Positions 1 to 27,290 of a DNA stretch of 64,000 nt are shown here, in pieces (the first letter of the stretch is position 1; every line of letters starts with the position of its first letter). Origin of the DNA: the human T2T-CHM13v2.0 reference genome, Homo sapiens; assembly GCF_009914755.1 (NCBI RefSeq), contig NC_060925.1. One strand, given 5' to 3'. Below the pieces are notes generated by a model, which saw only the letters and a list, made by a program, of their open reading frames with translations, was not told the origin of the DNA and did not search any database. The position numbers were made by a program, and so were the translations under genes.

Positions 1-196
1 GATCCAACTTTAGAATGAATCTGACCCCACAGATAGCAGAGAAGAGACAGAAAGAGCTGGCTTCTCAACATTTCTGAGCTGCTGATTGTATAGGGCCTGG
101 GGCCCATCTTGCGAGATAACGTGTTTCCTGATGGTTTAAACCAGTTTGAATCAGGATGTTCTGTTATTTGCAGTTGAAGGCATACTCACTATTGCA
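1..196 (+). mobile_element. MLT1-like (MaLR) LTR 3' fragment
   Basis: aaaccagtttgaatcaggatgttctgttatttgcagttgaaggcatactcactattgca resembles the MLT1 LTR 3' terminus. Confidence 0.5.
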
Positions 197-199
197 GAA

Positions 200-579
200 G
201 AGCATTCCAGGCACCAGGAATAGATAAAAGAGAATGGCCTGTAGCTCAGTGTGGCTGCTGGGGAAGCTGCATGAGGAGGGAGGAATGGCTAATGGAGAGG
301 CCCGTAGGGCCAGGTCATGAGAAGATTATGCCATTTAAAGTGCCAAGACTTTATCTTGAGAGCAATGGGGAGCTGATCAGGAGTTTTAAGCAGCAAAATG
401 ATTTTTTTTCTTTCTTTTTTTTTTTTTGAGACAGGATCTCCCTCTGTTGCCCAGGCTGGAGCGTAGTGGCACGATCACAGCTCACTGAAGCCTTGACCTC
501 CCAGGCTCAGGTGATCCTCCCATCTCAGCCTCCCAAGTAGCTAGAACTACAGGCACATGCCACCACGCCCAGGTAATTT

Positions 580-621
<42 letters not shown>

Positions 622-1130
622 ATATATATACATTTTTATTTTTATTTTTTTATTTTTTGGAGAGACTGGGTTTTGACATGTTGCCCAAGCTGGTCCCGAA
701 GTCCTGAGCTTAAACGATCTGCCCACTTCAGCCTCTTAAAGTGCTGGGATTACAGGCGTGAGCCACCACACCCAGCCAGCAGTGATTTGTTCAAATCTGT
801 CTCTTAGGAAAATCACTCTAGTAGCTAGGAACAATTTGAGAGAGACAGAAAGGGAGCGAGTGAGTGCAGGAGGACCAGTTAGAAGACTGATGCACTCAGG
901 GAGGGATACTGGGCAGTGGCCATGAGATGGAGAGCAGACGAGTCTGGAAGGAGGAAGGAGGTGGGGTCGCCAAGCTGGGGTCCACTGGCTCCCATGGAAA
1001 TGAGGGGAGATGAGGGCCTCATCAGGCTTGGGCATCTGGGAGGACAGTGTGCCATGTACCAAGGAAGGAATGCCAGAGAAGGTCTGAGTGGGAAACACCT
1101 TGGGTTAGGCGTGGGGTGTGTGAGATGCCC
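200..1130 (-). mobile_element. L2 LINE fragment split by an Alu
   Basis: gactttatcttgagagcaatggggagctgatcaggagttttaagcag...aaaatcactcta, typical antisense L2 3' region. Confidence 0.55.
402..777 (-). mobile_element. AluJ with a (TG)n(TA)n microsatellite in its linker (579-632)
   Basis: Both Alu arms present; J-type cacagctcactgaagccttgacc; dinucleotide run replaces the A-rich linker. Confidence 0.9.
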
Positions 1131-1325
1131 CAGCACCTCCTGAGTGTGGAGAAACCCCAGTGAAGGGGATCTGTTGCACTTCTGATAACCATGTTGATTG
1201 GCTTGGGGACCTATCTCTCCACCCCGGGATAGAGTCTTGTGGGAACTTCCATCAGTCTGGCCAAAGGCTAGCCCCTGATCTGGGCCTGGCCAATTACAGG
1301 CTTACCCTTGGAATTGGAATCATAG

Positions 1326-1703
<378 letters not shown>

Positions 1704-2149
1704 TGAGCAAGGACTTGGGTGCAGGATGTGCATTTGGGAAAGGATTCCAGGGAGCAGGAGGGAGAAACAAGGAAGAGAGAAACAGGGAAGAGAACTCTAG
1801 CACAAGGATGATCAAGGCAGCCGCTCCAACCCACTGGAACCTTCGAAGGAGTAGAGCATGGGTCTCAGAACAGTCTTGCAGAGGGGTGGGGAAAGGGAGA
1901 AGCATGTGTGCCTTGGCTCCTGTCCCCACTGGATAAGGGTGCACTTCTCTGGGATCTACTTCTCTGGGATGCCCAGCAGGTTCCCAAAGGAACCTTAGGT
2001 GGCTGTTAGGAGAAGCTTGGGGCAGAGGCACCGCATTTCAAGATGAAGCACTGTCCATGCATATGGGACAAACCCGTGCAGAGAAGACCACAGTGGTAGT
2101 AGAGGGGAGCGCGAGAGGACGTGAGCACAAGAGATGTTTGATATGGGCC

Positions 2150-3088
<939 letters not shown>

Positions 3089-3170
3089 CTACATCATAGC
3101 CCTCACAGGGATTCCTTTTGGGCCCACATTAGCCATAGTCAGTTTGTGTTGCTTAAGAACAGAAACCCTC

Positions 3171-3470
3171 AGCCGGATGCAGTGGCTCATGCCTGTAATC
3201 CCAGCACTTTGAGAGGCCGAGGCAGCCAGATCACCTGAGGTCAGGAGTTCGAGACCAGCCTGGCCAACATGGTGAAACCCCATCTCTACTAAAAATATAA
3301 AAAGTAGCTGGGCATGGTGGTGCATCCCTGTAATCCCAGCTACTCAGTAGGCTGAGGCAAGAAAATCACTTGAACCCAGGAGACGGAGGTTGCAGTAAGC
3401 CGAGATTGCGCCACTGCTCTCCAGCATGGGCAACAGAGCGAGACTCGGTCTCAAAAAAAAAAAAAAAAAA
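3171..3470 (+). mobile_element. AluSx-type
   Basis: Full dimer with poly-A. Confidence 0.92.
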
Positions 3471-3476
3471 AGAACA

Positions 3477-3837
<361 letters not shown>

Positions 3838-4544
3838 TTATAAAGCAAATAACAAAACATTTTCCTGTGGTATTTCTTGATAGGTTGGCTGTTTAGTAAA
3901 ACTGGAGGGCCGAGGCATGTTTGTGGGGGTGTGGCTTTCCATTGTCCTCCCCAGATCTAAGAGAGCACTTGGAAGCTTCAAGCGAGGTGCCCACGTACTC
4001 TTGCCTTTATCTTCCATGCTCCTGTCTGACAACAGCAAAGACATACCTGTATTCTTATCAAAAGTGCTGAACTAAAAGTGGATCTCAAAGGTATAGTATC
4101 TAAGAATGGGTCTGCTTAGAACAAGGTCTGCTCTTAGCCCTGGGGGTGGGGGAAAGCTTCATGAGTTTATGGGCACAGATGGAATCACAGTGTGAAACAT
4201 GAGCGTCTGTGTGTGTGTGCCAATGTGTGTACATGGGAGTGCATGTGGTGTGCATGCATACATAGCCAGCTTTCCTCCGTAGAGACAGTGCCCACAGTCA
4301 CTTGTCGGGTATCCGTTTTAGGGAACCATGATGAAAAGGCAAGGAGAGGAGACGGCTTGGCAAGTAAAGACAAATCAGTGGAATGGAGACATGCCAGCCA
4401 AGTGGTATGCTCATTTTTTCATTCCATAAACATTAACTAAGTTTAGAGATTAAATATCTGAGCCCTCAAGGAGCTCCAAGTCTAACAAAGCTGACAGGCA
4501 CAAATATACAGTTTAATGGGAAATTATAAGAACTAAGATAAGGG

Positions 4545-5537
<993 letters not shown>

Positions 5538-5772
5538 TCAGAAAATCTGGAATGATGACCCAGAGGGGGAAGGGGTTGAGTGAGTCTTAAAGGATGAAGA
5601 GGAATTGCCAGGCAGATGATGGCGGACTAGGAAATGGTAGATGAGGAGTCAGCAAAGTAAAATCACAGAGGTGTGAAACAACAGGGAGCATTAGGGGACG
5701 TGGTGAAAAGTTATGGTGGGGAGGTAGCTAGAGAGTTTGGCTTTGGCCCAACGGATAACCCCAACAGTTTAG

Positions 5773-7653
<1,881 letters not shown>

Positions 7654-8089
7654 GCAACTTGCTGTCTTTATTGCCCCTGGATTCTCAATTACTTCTTCCA
7701 TTTGCTTAATCATGTTTAGACTTTCTTCCATTCCCAACTTATGACTGAGTTTTATAATAAGGACCTATGACCAAATTGCAAGCAATAAAGTCAAAAGTAA
7801 CAGGAAATTCTGGAGTCTGCTGTCCTGTCCACATCTGAGACCTAGATAAGGTGGGTCATTAGTGACCAGTGCTGGTGAGGCTGCGGTAGCCTGGGTACCC
7901 TCATGGATGTCATTGAGACAGTTCCTGGCACCAGCCCTTCTAAAGGGCAGGGTGGCGACCTATGTCAGGAGCTTCATTTTGTTTGCCCAGGAAATAGGCT
8001 TCTGGGAATGAACCTGAACAAATACCCAGAGATACGAATATTCACTTACTAGAGAGTTTATCACAACAAAATTTAAAAGACACATTGAA

Positions 8090-8376
8090 GGCTAGGCGTG
8101 GTGACTCACACCTGTAATCTCAGCACTCTGGGAGGCCGAGGCAGGCAGATCACTTAAGGTCAGGAGTTTGAGACCAGCCTGGCCAATATGGTGAAACCCC
8201 GTCTCTACTAAAAATACAAAAATTAGCCGGGCATGATGGGCTCTTCTAATCCCAGCTACTCAGGAGGCTGAGGCAGGAGAATCGCTTGAACCCAGGAGGC
8301 AGAGCCAAGATTGTGCCATTGCACTCTAGGCTGGCTACAGAGCGAGACTCTGTCTAAAAAAAAAAAAAAAAAAAAA
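8090..8376 (+). mobile_element. AluSx-type with small internal deletions
   Basis: TSD aaaagacacat(t/c)gaa at 8075 and 8373. Confidence 0.9.
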
Positions 8377-8432
8377 GACACATCGAAACAGTTGTAATAG
8401 CAATAGGTCACAAATAGATAAATTAATAATGA

Positions 8433-8794
<362 letters not shown>

Positions 8795-8919
8795 TAAAGA
8801 AATAATCAACGTCATCAAAAAATGTTTATGATATAATTTTAGGTGAAAACATAAGAATACAAATTACTTATATGAGACAATTTGTTTTTCAAATTATACA
8901 TGTATGATGTGATTATACA

Positions 8920-9180
<261 letters not shown>

Positions 9181-9272
9181 GGTTGAATTTTAAAACATGA
9201 AAAGAAATTGAAGAAAGACCAAAAATAAATATCTTAAAATTCAAACCATGGTGGGGTTGTAGGTGCTTTTAA

Positions 9273-9572
<300 letters not shown>

Positions 9573-9924
9573 TTAATTTTCTTCTTTACAATATTTTAGT
9601 ATATTTCAAATTTTCTAAAATGACATAACAAGAAATAAATTTAGGTGAAAAATCAAATTGTTTCTATTGTTCTTTAAATAACAAGTTACATAGCTTGAAT
9701 GTAAATGAATTTTTTTAAAAAACAGAAAATATATTCTAATGGTCAAAAAATGTAAAAGGCATGAAACTGTATGCATAGGGAGAAAGTGAGTCTACTACCC
9801 AGCTCTGTCTCACAAGCACCCACGGGCTCTCTGTGAAAGCCACTATTACTACTAAATTACTTTTTCCTAAGGTGGTCCTTGAAATAGAAAAAATTTTCCA
9901 CACCTAGTGATTTAATCTGCACAT

Positions 9925-10720
<796 letters not shown>

Positions 10721-11122
10721 ACATGCAAAATCATGTTAGTGGCTGCCACCCTGCCCTAGTGCTCCTAGAGTATTCCATTTGCCACTCTACTTGCACTTAC
10801 ACTCTACTGTTCAGAGTCGGGGAGGTGGCACCCACGTCCTTGCCAGTGGCTTTGCACGGGTTTGGTGTGAACATCCCTGGGAGGCTGAGTGTTGCTAAAC
10901 CCCTGCCCAGCTACTCACATGGACATCACTTCACACCAATGAGTGAGTTCCTTACTTTTCTGGTTTCAATGAATTAAGTAAGTGTTTCAAAAGGCACAAA
11001 AAATTTGCTGTGTATCATAAGAGGGAGAGAGGAGTGGCCTGGGTGGGGGTAGGAGGCTGTGGGGGAGTGCTAGTATAAGAGAAAGGAAAAGATTAGCTCC
11101 TGCCTTAGGGCAGGAAGGAACC

Positions 11123-11316
11123 CAATTTATGAGGGCCAACTACATGCCAGACACTTCCACAAACTTACTTCATGTATTCCTCACACCCACCCAGGAGGGA
11201 TGAGGCATTATTATCCCCATTTTTTAGATGCAGAAATGGAGGTTCAAGGAAGATAACACACTTTCCAAAGCCACTCAGGGAACCAGGTGCAGAAAAGGGA
11301 TTCAAAGCCAGGTCTA
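11123..11316 (-). mobile_element. MIR
   Basis: attatccccattttttagatgcagaaatggagg core. Confidence 0.7.
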
Positions 11317-11496
11317 TTTTACTTTTCTTTCAGATCCATCTTGCTGGCTCAGGAATTCACAGATGACCCTAGGAGGTTCCAAATGGAACCCAAAATTCAA
11401 TCTCCAGTTGTAGGCCTCTCTAAGTATTTCTTTCTATAGCAGATAGAGCCAACCAGGCAACAGTGCTGCTTAAACAATGCTAATAGTCCTACTTGC

Positions 11497-11809
<313 letters not shown>

Positions 11810-11969
11810 TAGTCCTACTTGCTATATCTGGTCTGATATATTAGCAGCCCCTTCTCTCCCTTGTTCACTTTTGTTTGCCACCTACCACTCCTACACCTAT
11901 ATCCCTTCTTCTGTTCCTCACTTTCCCTGGAAGAACTGTTTCTGCCAAGACCAGGTAGAGAACTGACCC

Positions 11970-12610
11970 TCTTTATTTATTCACTTATTTGTGTATTCAT
12001 TCAATATTCACTATATATATATTTTTTGAGACAGGGTCTCACTCTGTTGTCCAGGCTGGAGTGCAGTGGCATGATCATGGCGTGCTGCAGCCTCAACACT
12101 CTGGGCTCACCAATCCTCCTTCCTCAGCCTCCTGAGTAGCTGGGACTACAGGCACATACCACCACACCCTGCTAATTTTTAGAAAAAATTTTAGTAGAGA
12201 TGAGGTCTTGCTATGCTGCCCAAGCTGGTCCTGAAATCCTGGCCTCAAGTGATCCTTGTGCCTCGGCCTCCCAAAGTACTGGGATTACGGGTGTGAACCA
12301 CGGTGTCTGGCCTAAGCTTCCGTTGATGTCAGGTTGCAGAAAGAGTTCAGTGCGAAGTCCTGCCCACAAGGAGTTCATAATCTAATGGGGGACAGAGGGA
12401 GGCCAATCACAGCATGTTAGCATTTTGTGATTAGTGCTGTGAAGTCTCTGGGAGGACTTGGGTGGCACCTAACCCAGTCCAAGTGGAGTGGGATGGGGTG
12501 AGATCAGGGAAGGCTTCCTAGAAGAAGTGACACTGAGGATGCTTTCAACAACTGAGTTTTAGCTCACTAGATATGGAAAAAGGCATTCCAGTTTGAAGGA
12601 ACAACATGTG
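11970..12610 (-). mobile_element. L2 3' end split by an AluJ
   Basis: ttcattcaatatt...cctgcccacaaggagttcataatctaatggggg...gggaaggcttcctagaagaagtgac. Confidence 0.6.
12022..12312 (-). mobile_element. AluJ
   Basis: Diverged dimer with gcatgatcatggc. Confidence 0.88.
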
Positions 12611-12975
<365 letters not shown>

Positions 12976-13385
12976 GGAGCAATTCTGAAAGAGCTTAGGC
13001 CTGGGATTTAGTGTGACAGGTTTCTGGTCCTTGTTTTGCCATAGTTGTGATGCGTGACCTTGAACAAAATGTTTCCCCTCACTAAGGTGTAGTCTCTGAT
13101 GTATGGAATTTGAGGACTGGATCTCTGATCCTGCTTTCATGTGAGCCAGCTCTTCTGTCTGACCCAGGGCTTCCAATCACTGCCTGTGCCTCTGTCCCCC
13201 CAGGGGACATGGAGTTAAACCCAACCTGAATACTTTAACCACTTGACCCCTTGTTGACACAGCTGACTACTCCCTCCTTGGGATGTGGTTTCCTTAACTT
13301 CCTTGAAACCTGGACTCCTTGATTTCCTTCATCTTTTCTGGTTGCTCTTTTTCCGTATTCCCTGGCTTCTTCTTTAGCCTACTTC

Positions 13386-13704
<319 letters not shown>

Positions 13705-13768
13705 TTCTTCAGCCATCTTCTTTTTTTTGTTGCCTTGCTGGTGAAGCTCACAGCTTTATTTTTCTTTC

Positions 13769-13799
<31 letters not shown>

Positions 13800-13997
13800 A
13801 CTTTAAGTTCTATGGTACATGTGCACAACCTGCAGGTTTCTTACATATGTATCCATGTGCCATGTTGGTGTGCTGCACCCATTAACTCGTCATTTACATT
13901 AGGTATATCTCCTAATGCTATCCCTCCCCCCTCCCTACACCCCACAACAGGCCCTGGTTGTGATGTTCCCCTTCCTGTGTCCAACTGTTCTCATTGT

Positions 13998-18133
<4,136 letters not shown>

Positions 18134-18196
18134 TATGATGTTAGCTGGCTATCTTGCTCGTTAGTTGATGCAGTTTCTTCCTAGCATCGACAGTCT

Positions 18197-19213
18197 TTAC
18201 AATTTGGCATGTTTTTGCAGTGGCTGGTACCAGTTATTCCTTTCCATGTTTAGTGCTTCCTTCAGGAGCTCTTGTAAGGCAGGCCTGGTGGTGACAAAAT
18301 CTCTCAGCATTTGCTTGTCTGTAAAGGATTTTATTTCTCCTTCACTTATGAAGCTTAGTTTGGCTGGATATGAAATTCTGGATTGAAAATTCTTTTCTTT
18401 AAGAATGTTGAATATTGGCCCCCACTCTTTTCTGGCTTGTAGAGTTTTTGCTGAGAGATCCACTGTTAGTCTGATGGGCTTCCCTTTGTGGGTAACCTGA
18501 CCTTTCTCTCTGGCTGCCCTTAACATTTTTTCCTTCATTTCAACTTTGGTGAGTCTGACAATTATGTGTCTTGGAGTTGCTCTTCTCGAGGAGTATCTTT
18601 GTGGTGGTCTCTGTATTTCCTGAATTTGAATGTTGGCCTGCCTTGCTAGGTAGGGGAAGTTCTCCTGGATAATATTCTGAAGAGTGTTTTCCAACTTGGT
18701 TCCATTCTCCCTGTCACTTTCAGGTACACCAATCAGACGCAGATTTGGTCTTTTCACATAGTTCCATATATCTTGGAGGCTTTGTTCGTTTCTTTTTACT
18801 CTTTTTTTCTCTAAACTTCTCTTCTCACTTCATTTCATTCATTTGATCTTCAATCACTGATACCCTTTCTTCCAGTTGATCGAATCAGCTACTGAAGCTT
18901 GTGCATGCGTCACGTAGTTCTCATGCCATGGTTTTCAGCTCCACTGGTCATTTAAGGACTTTTCTACACTGGTTATTCTAGTTAGCCATTTGTCTAATAT
19001 TTTTTCAAGGTTTTTAGCTTCTTTGCGATGGGTTCGAACATCTTCCTTTAGCTCAGAGAAGTTTGATCGTCTGAAGCCTTCTTCTCTCAACTCATCAAAG
19101 TCATTGTCCGTCCAGCCTTGTTTTGTTGCTGGCAAGGAGCTGCATTCCTTTGGAAGAGAAGAGGCACTCTGATTTTTAGAATTTTCAGCTTTTCTGCTCT
19201 GGTTTCTCCCCAT
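18197..19213 (-). pseudogene. L1 ORF1p remnant (frameshifted)
   Basis: MGRNQSRKAENSKNQSAS... and ...RPNLRLIGVPE...YQPLQKHAKL fall in separate ORF fragments. Confidence 0.93.
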
Positions 19214-20433
19214 CTTTGTGGTTTTATCTACTTTTGGTCTTTGATGATGGTGACGTACAGATGGGGTTTTGGTGTGGATATCCTTTCTGTTTGTTAGTTT
19301 TCCTTCTAACAGTCAGGACCCTCAGCTGCAGGTCTGTTGGAGTTTGCTGGAGGTCCGCTCCAGGCCCTGTTTGCCTGGGTATCACCAGCGGAGGCTGCAG
19401 AACAGCGAATATTGCAGAACAGCAAATGTTGCTGCCTGATCATTCCTCTGGAAGCCTTTGTCTCAGAGGGGCACTCGGCCGTGTGAGGTGTCAGTCGGCC
19501 CTTACTGGGAGACGCCTCCCAGTTAGGCTACTCGGGGGTCAGGGAGCCACTTGAGGAGGCAGTCGGTCTGTTCTTAGATCCCAAACTCCATACTGGGAGA
19601 ACCACCACTCTCTTCAAAGCTGTCACACAGGGACATTTAAGTCTGCAGAAGTTTCTGCTGCCTTTTGTTCAGCTATGCCCTGCCCACAGAGGTGGAGTCT
19701 ACAGAGGCAGGCAGGCCTCCTTGAGCTGCAGTGGGCTCCACCCAGTTTGAGCTTCCTGGCCGCTTTGTTTACCTACTCAAACCCCAGCATGGTGGGCACC
19801 CCTCCGCTAGCCTCGCTGCTGCCTTGTAGTTCAATCTCAGACTGCTGTGCTAGCAATGAGTGAGGCTCCGTGGGCATGGGACCCTCCGAGCCCGGCGTGG
19901 GATATAATCTCCTGGTGTGCCATTTGCTAAGACTGTTGGAAAAGCACAGTATTAGGGTGGGAGTGACCTGATTTTCCAGGTGCTGTCTGTCACAGCTTCC
20001 CTTGGCTAGGAAAGGGAATTCCCTGACCCCTTGTGCTTCCCGGGTGAGATGATGCCTCACCCTGCTTCGGCTCGCACTCGGTGGGCTGCACCCACTGTCC
20101 TGCACCCACTGTCTAACAAGCCCCAGTGAGATGAGCTGGTACCTCAGTTGGAAAAGCAGAAATCACCTGTCTTTTGCATCACTCACGCTGGGAGCTGTAG
20201 ACTGGAGCTGTTCCTATTCGGCCATTTTGGAAACTCCCAGCCTACTTCTTAAATGTGGGCCTGTTCTGGGCTTCTCTTCTCTTCACTTTGCACTCTGTCT
20301 CCAGGCTATGTCCTCTGTTCTCCAGGCATCTATCACCTCCTTTAAGCAGAAGACGTCCACATTGACATCTCCACCCAGACCCCTCCTCTGAGCTCCAGTC
20401 CTCTATGGCCACCTGTCTCCTAAACAGCCCCAC

Positions 20434-20779
<346 letters not shown>

Positions 20780-21466
20780 TGTAACAGCTCCACTTACATA
20801 CATAATACATCAACTGTCAGCCCCAGACCTACAGTCCCCTTCCCTGAAGATGGCACCACTATTATCCACTTCGATGCCTGAATCAGAAGCTTTTAGTCTC
20901 TATAAGCCTCAAATCTAATTTGTCACCAAGTCCTGCTCACTCCACCCTCTGAGAGTATCTCCCACAGTCTCTACCTTAACTCAGGTCCTGCTCCTCTCCC
21001 CCTGGGATCTCTGTATCAGCCTTTTCACTGGTCTCACTGCCTGCAGTCTTGCTTATTCTGATCCATGCTATATAATGATATATGGGTAGAATGAAGTGAG
21101 GCTTATTCCAGAAATGCAAGTTTAATTTAACATCCTAAAATATGTTAACATAATTTGTCACATTCATAGAAGAAAAGATAAATATGATCATTCCAATAGA
21201 AGGAGAAATAAGCATTTGATAAAATTCAATACCAGTTCATAATAAAAACTTGCAGCAAACTAGGAATAGGAGTAGAAGGGAAGTTCTTTAATATAAGAAA
21301 GTATATCCATGAAAATCCTATAGCTAAACTCACATTTAATATGAACATTTTCCCTCTGATATCAGGAACAAGACAAAAATGTCCAATCCCCCATTTTTGT
21401 TCGACCATTGTATTAGTAGTCCTAGCTAGAATAATAAAGCAAGAAAAAGTAATGAAAGACGTAAAC

Positions 21467-21796
<330 letters not shown>

Positions 21797-21919
21797 CTAA
21801 TGATATGATTGTGTACACAGGAATTCCCAAAATATCTATACATGAAGTATTAGGATTTATGTATCAAAGTTGCTAGATATAAGAACAATATACAAAAATA
21901 ATTGTATTTCTATATACTA

Positions 21920-22096
<177 letters not shown>

Positions 22097-22672
22097 TTAA
22101 AGAAAATGAAATATGAAAATATAGCATTTACAATAACATCAAAAAATCAAATACCTAGGAATAAATGCAGTGAAATATATGTAAGACCCTTTTACTGACA
22201 ACTTTAAATTATTGCTACAGGAAATAAAAGAAGACCTAAATAAATGAAGGAATACACCACATTCACAGATTGCAAGATTCAGTATTGTTAAGGGGCCAGG
22301 TCTTCTCAAATTGGCCCAAGGACTCAATGCAATTTCAATAAAAATTTCAACAGTTTTTTTTTTTTAGGTTAACAATTTTATTTTAAAATTCATATGAAAG
22401 TGCAAAGAAACTAACAGTGTAACAGAGGATCAAGGAAGACCACATTCCAAGAAGCAAGTGGTCGTCTGTGTCAGCAAAAGGTAAGGTGATGAAATAATCC
22501 AAACTGGATTCAGCTCCACATGCCCTGGGGGACAGAGGAGGAAGCAGGGCTGGAAGGCCCTGGGTTAGAGAGAAGAGCTGGTTCCTATGGGAGCAGGATT
22601 TGGGAAAATACAAAGCTTGAGGATTTACACTTTCCTATATAAAAACTAATTATAAAACTTCAGCAATTAAGA

Positions 22673-22974
<302 letters not shown>

Positions 22975-23260
22975 TTAGCTTGTTCCAACAGTAACACTTC
23001 TGAGCTCCCTCTCCAGCCTCCCCTCCACAGGTTTCTGAAATCTTTCCAGTATTCTCCAGCCCCTCAAAGCTGCTTACCCCTGCCCAACAGGCTGTGTTGT
23101 TGCCCATCTCCAGCCTTTGAATGTGCTGTTATGAAATTGCATGTGCTGTCCTTTCCCCTTTCTCTGCAAACTCCTGCCTATTTTCCAGGTCCTTTTGTGT
23201 GAACTCTTCCCCAAACTCTCCCACAACATGCTCCTTCATGCTCTTAAAATTTGAATACAG

Positions 23261-23849
<589 letters not shown>

Positions 23850-23864
23850 TCACCTAACTCTCTG

Positions 23865-24320
23865 GATTGGATGCTCTGTTTACACCACCCCTTCCCCAAG
23901 AACTATTCTTTATCTTTCTCCTGCCAGCTCTGTGCCTCAGCAGGCTGACCTCTGTGGACTAATCACCCAGGAAACCTTGCCTTCCCATTTCTTGTGGATT
24001 CAACCAATGGGAAGTCCCAGAAGGAGAGGAAGGAGTATTAATTCCCCACCTCCCACCCCTATTCTCTACAGCCACAGTTCCTGTCAGTCGGCCCCATTTC
24101 CACAGCTCCAGCTGTCACGTGGTTCTGGTGACAATCTTTCTCTCCCCCTCCAGACCTATAGGTGGTAAATGCACCCCACTGTGCTAACCCTAGGGCACCT
24201 CACCATCCCTTGTGGGTTTCCTTAACCCTTCCCTCGCCTCTGTAAGCGGTCCCTTTATTAGACTGTCTTCAAGAAACCCTTTTAGTTGTTATCAGTTTCC
24301 TACTGGGACTCTGACTTACT
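23865..24320 (+). mobile_element. LTR16-family (ERVL) LTR
   Basis: gctctgtgcc...ggctgacctctgtggac...ccaatgggaag...cctcaccatcccttgtggg...ttcctactgggactctgac. Confidence 0.65.
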
Positions 24321-24327
24321 TACTCTC

Positions 24328-24490
24328 TTTTTTTTTTTCTTTTTTTTTTTTGAGACAGGGTCTGGCTCTGTCACCCAAGCTGTAGTGCAGTGGCACAATG
24401 TCAGCTCACTACAACCTCTACCTCATTTGATTCTTGTGTCTCAGCTTCCCAAGTAGCTGGGATTATCGGCCCGTGCCACTGCACCTGGCC
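24328..24490 (-). mobile_element. FRAM / Alu right monomer
   Basis: Single right arm with poly-T; MIR follows at about 24495-24640. Confidence 0.8.
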
Positions 24491-24650
24491 TGACTCACAC
24501 ATTCTCTGACCCTCACTTTGTTGGTTTGTTAACTGGGAGGCAATGATTTTATTGCTCATAGAGTTGCTGTGATGATTAAATGAGATCACATGTGGGTAGT
24601 GCTTAGGACAGTGATGGGCCATAGTAAATGCTCAAAGAACACAAACTATC

Positions 24651-25262
<612 letters not shown>

Positions 25263-25327
25263 GAGCTACCTTTTATTTTATTATTTTTAAATATTTGCTT
25301 ATGTATTTTTTTGAGTCTGGGTTATAA

Positions 25328-25905
<578 letters not shown>

Positions 25906-26376
25906 TGAATTACCTTTTAATTTGTGATTTTGCTCCATCACTTGGCTGTGTGCTCCTTTGCTTCATTTGTTGAATGAATATTGTTGAATGAATGAATGAA
26001 TGGGTGAGCAATGATCCAGAGTAAGGTAAAAGTTATCGTGTTATTTATAGAATCATAGACTCTTTGCATTTACCTGAAGAGCTTTCGAATAAAATTGTCT
26101 AATAAAGGTAGTAAGATTCCCATGTCTGGAGGTGTATAAGCTCTGGAGGTAGACAATCAACTGATTTGTCATTTCAGCAGAGCAAGTAGCATGGAGGTGG
26201 GGGCATTGGTTAGACTTTCAGAGAGAGGCCTTTCCAGGCCCAAAGGTAGGGAATTCTCTGACTCCCTTTGGCTCAAGTTTTGAATTATGAACCTACACAT
26301 AAATTTCATGATATTTTGGTCCTGGCAGTTCTTAAATACCATCCAGTTGACCAGCTTTATTTAGAGAGGACCAAAT

Positions 26377-26674
<298 letters not shown>

Positions 26675-27129
26675 GAGAGAGACAGACAGAAAGGAGCAAA
26701 TGGAGCCCAGAGAGAGAAAGAGACTGGTCCAAGGTCACATAGACAGGCCAAAACCCAGCTTTTCTAATGCCCAGCCTGGTTTTGCCTTAATATGCATCAG
26801 GAAGGAAATGTACTTTTCTTACAAATCTATAAAAATGACTCTTCTCTATACCCTTCTGGACTCAGACACGAATCGCTGTAATGTGTTGGTGGGTTGGCAA
26901 GGGACCAGGCTTGGGGCTGGAGGGGAGCTGTGTCGGGACCTGCGGCGCAACATCTAAGATCCTGTTGAGGGTAACTCACAAGGCAAGAAGATACAGGTGG
27001 GAGTGGAGACAAGAGCCATGTCCTCATCTTTTGGGGACATTGGGACAGAGGGAATAGATGCAGTCAGTGTGGCCCAGAGCAGAACAGGGAAGCAGCTACA
27101 AAGAAGCAGCTCTCAGAACTTCCCAGAAG

Positions 27130-27290
27130 ATTAGCCGGGCATGACGGTGGGTGCCTGTAGCCCCAGCTACTAGGGAGGCTGAGGCAGGAGGATCACTTGA
27201 GCCGGCGAGGTGAAGGTTGGAGTGAGGCAAGAGCACATAACTGCACTCCAGCCTGGGCGACAGAGGGAGACCCTGCCAAAAAAAAAAAAA
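27130..27290 (+). mobile_element. Alu right arm (5'-truncated AluJ or FRAM)
   Basis: TSD agaactt(t)cccagaag. Confidence 0.85.
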
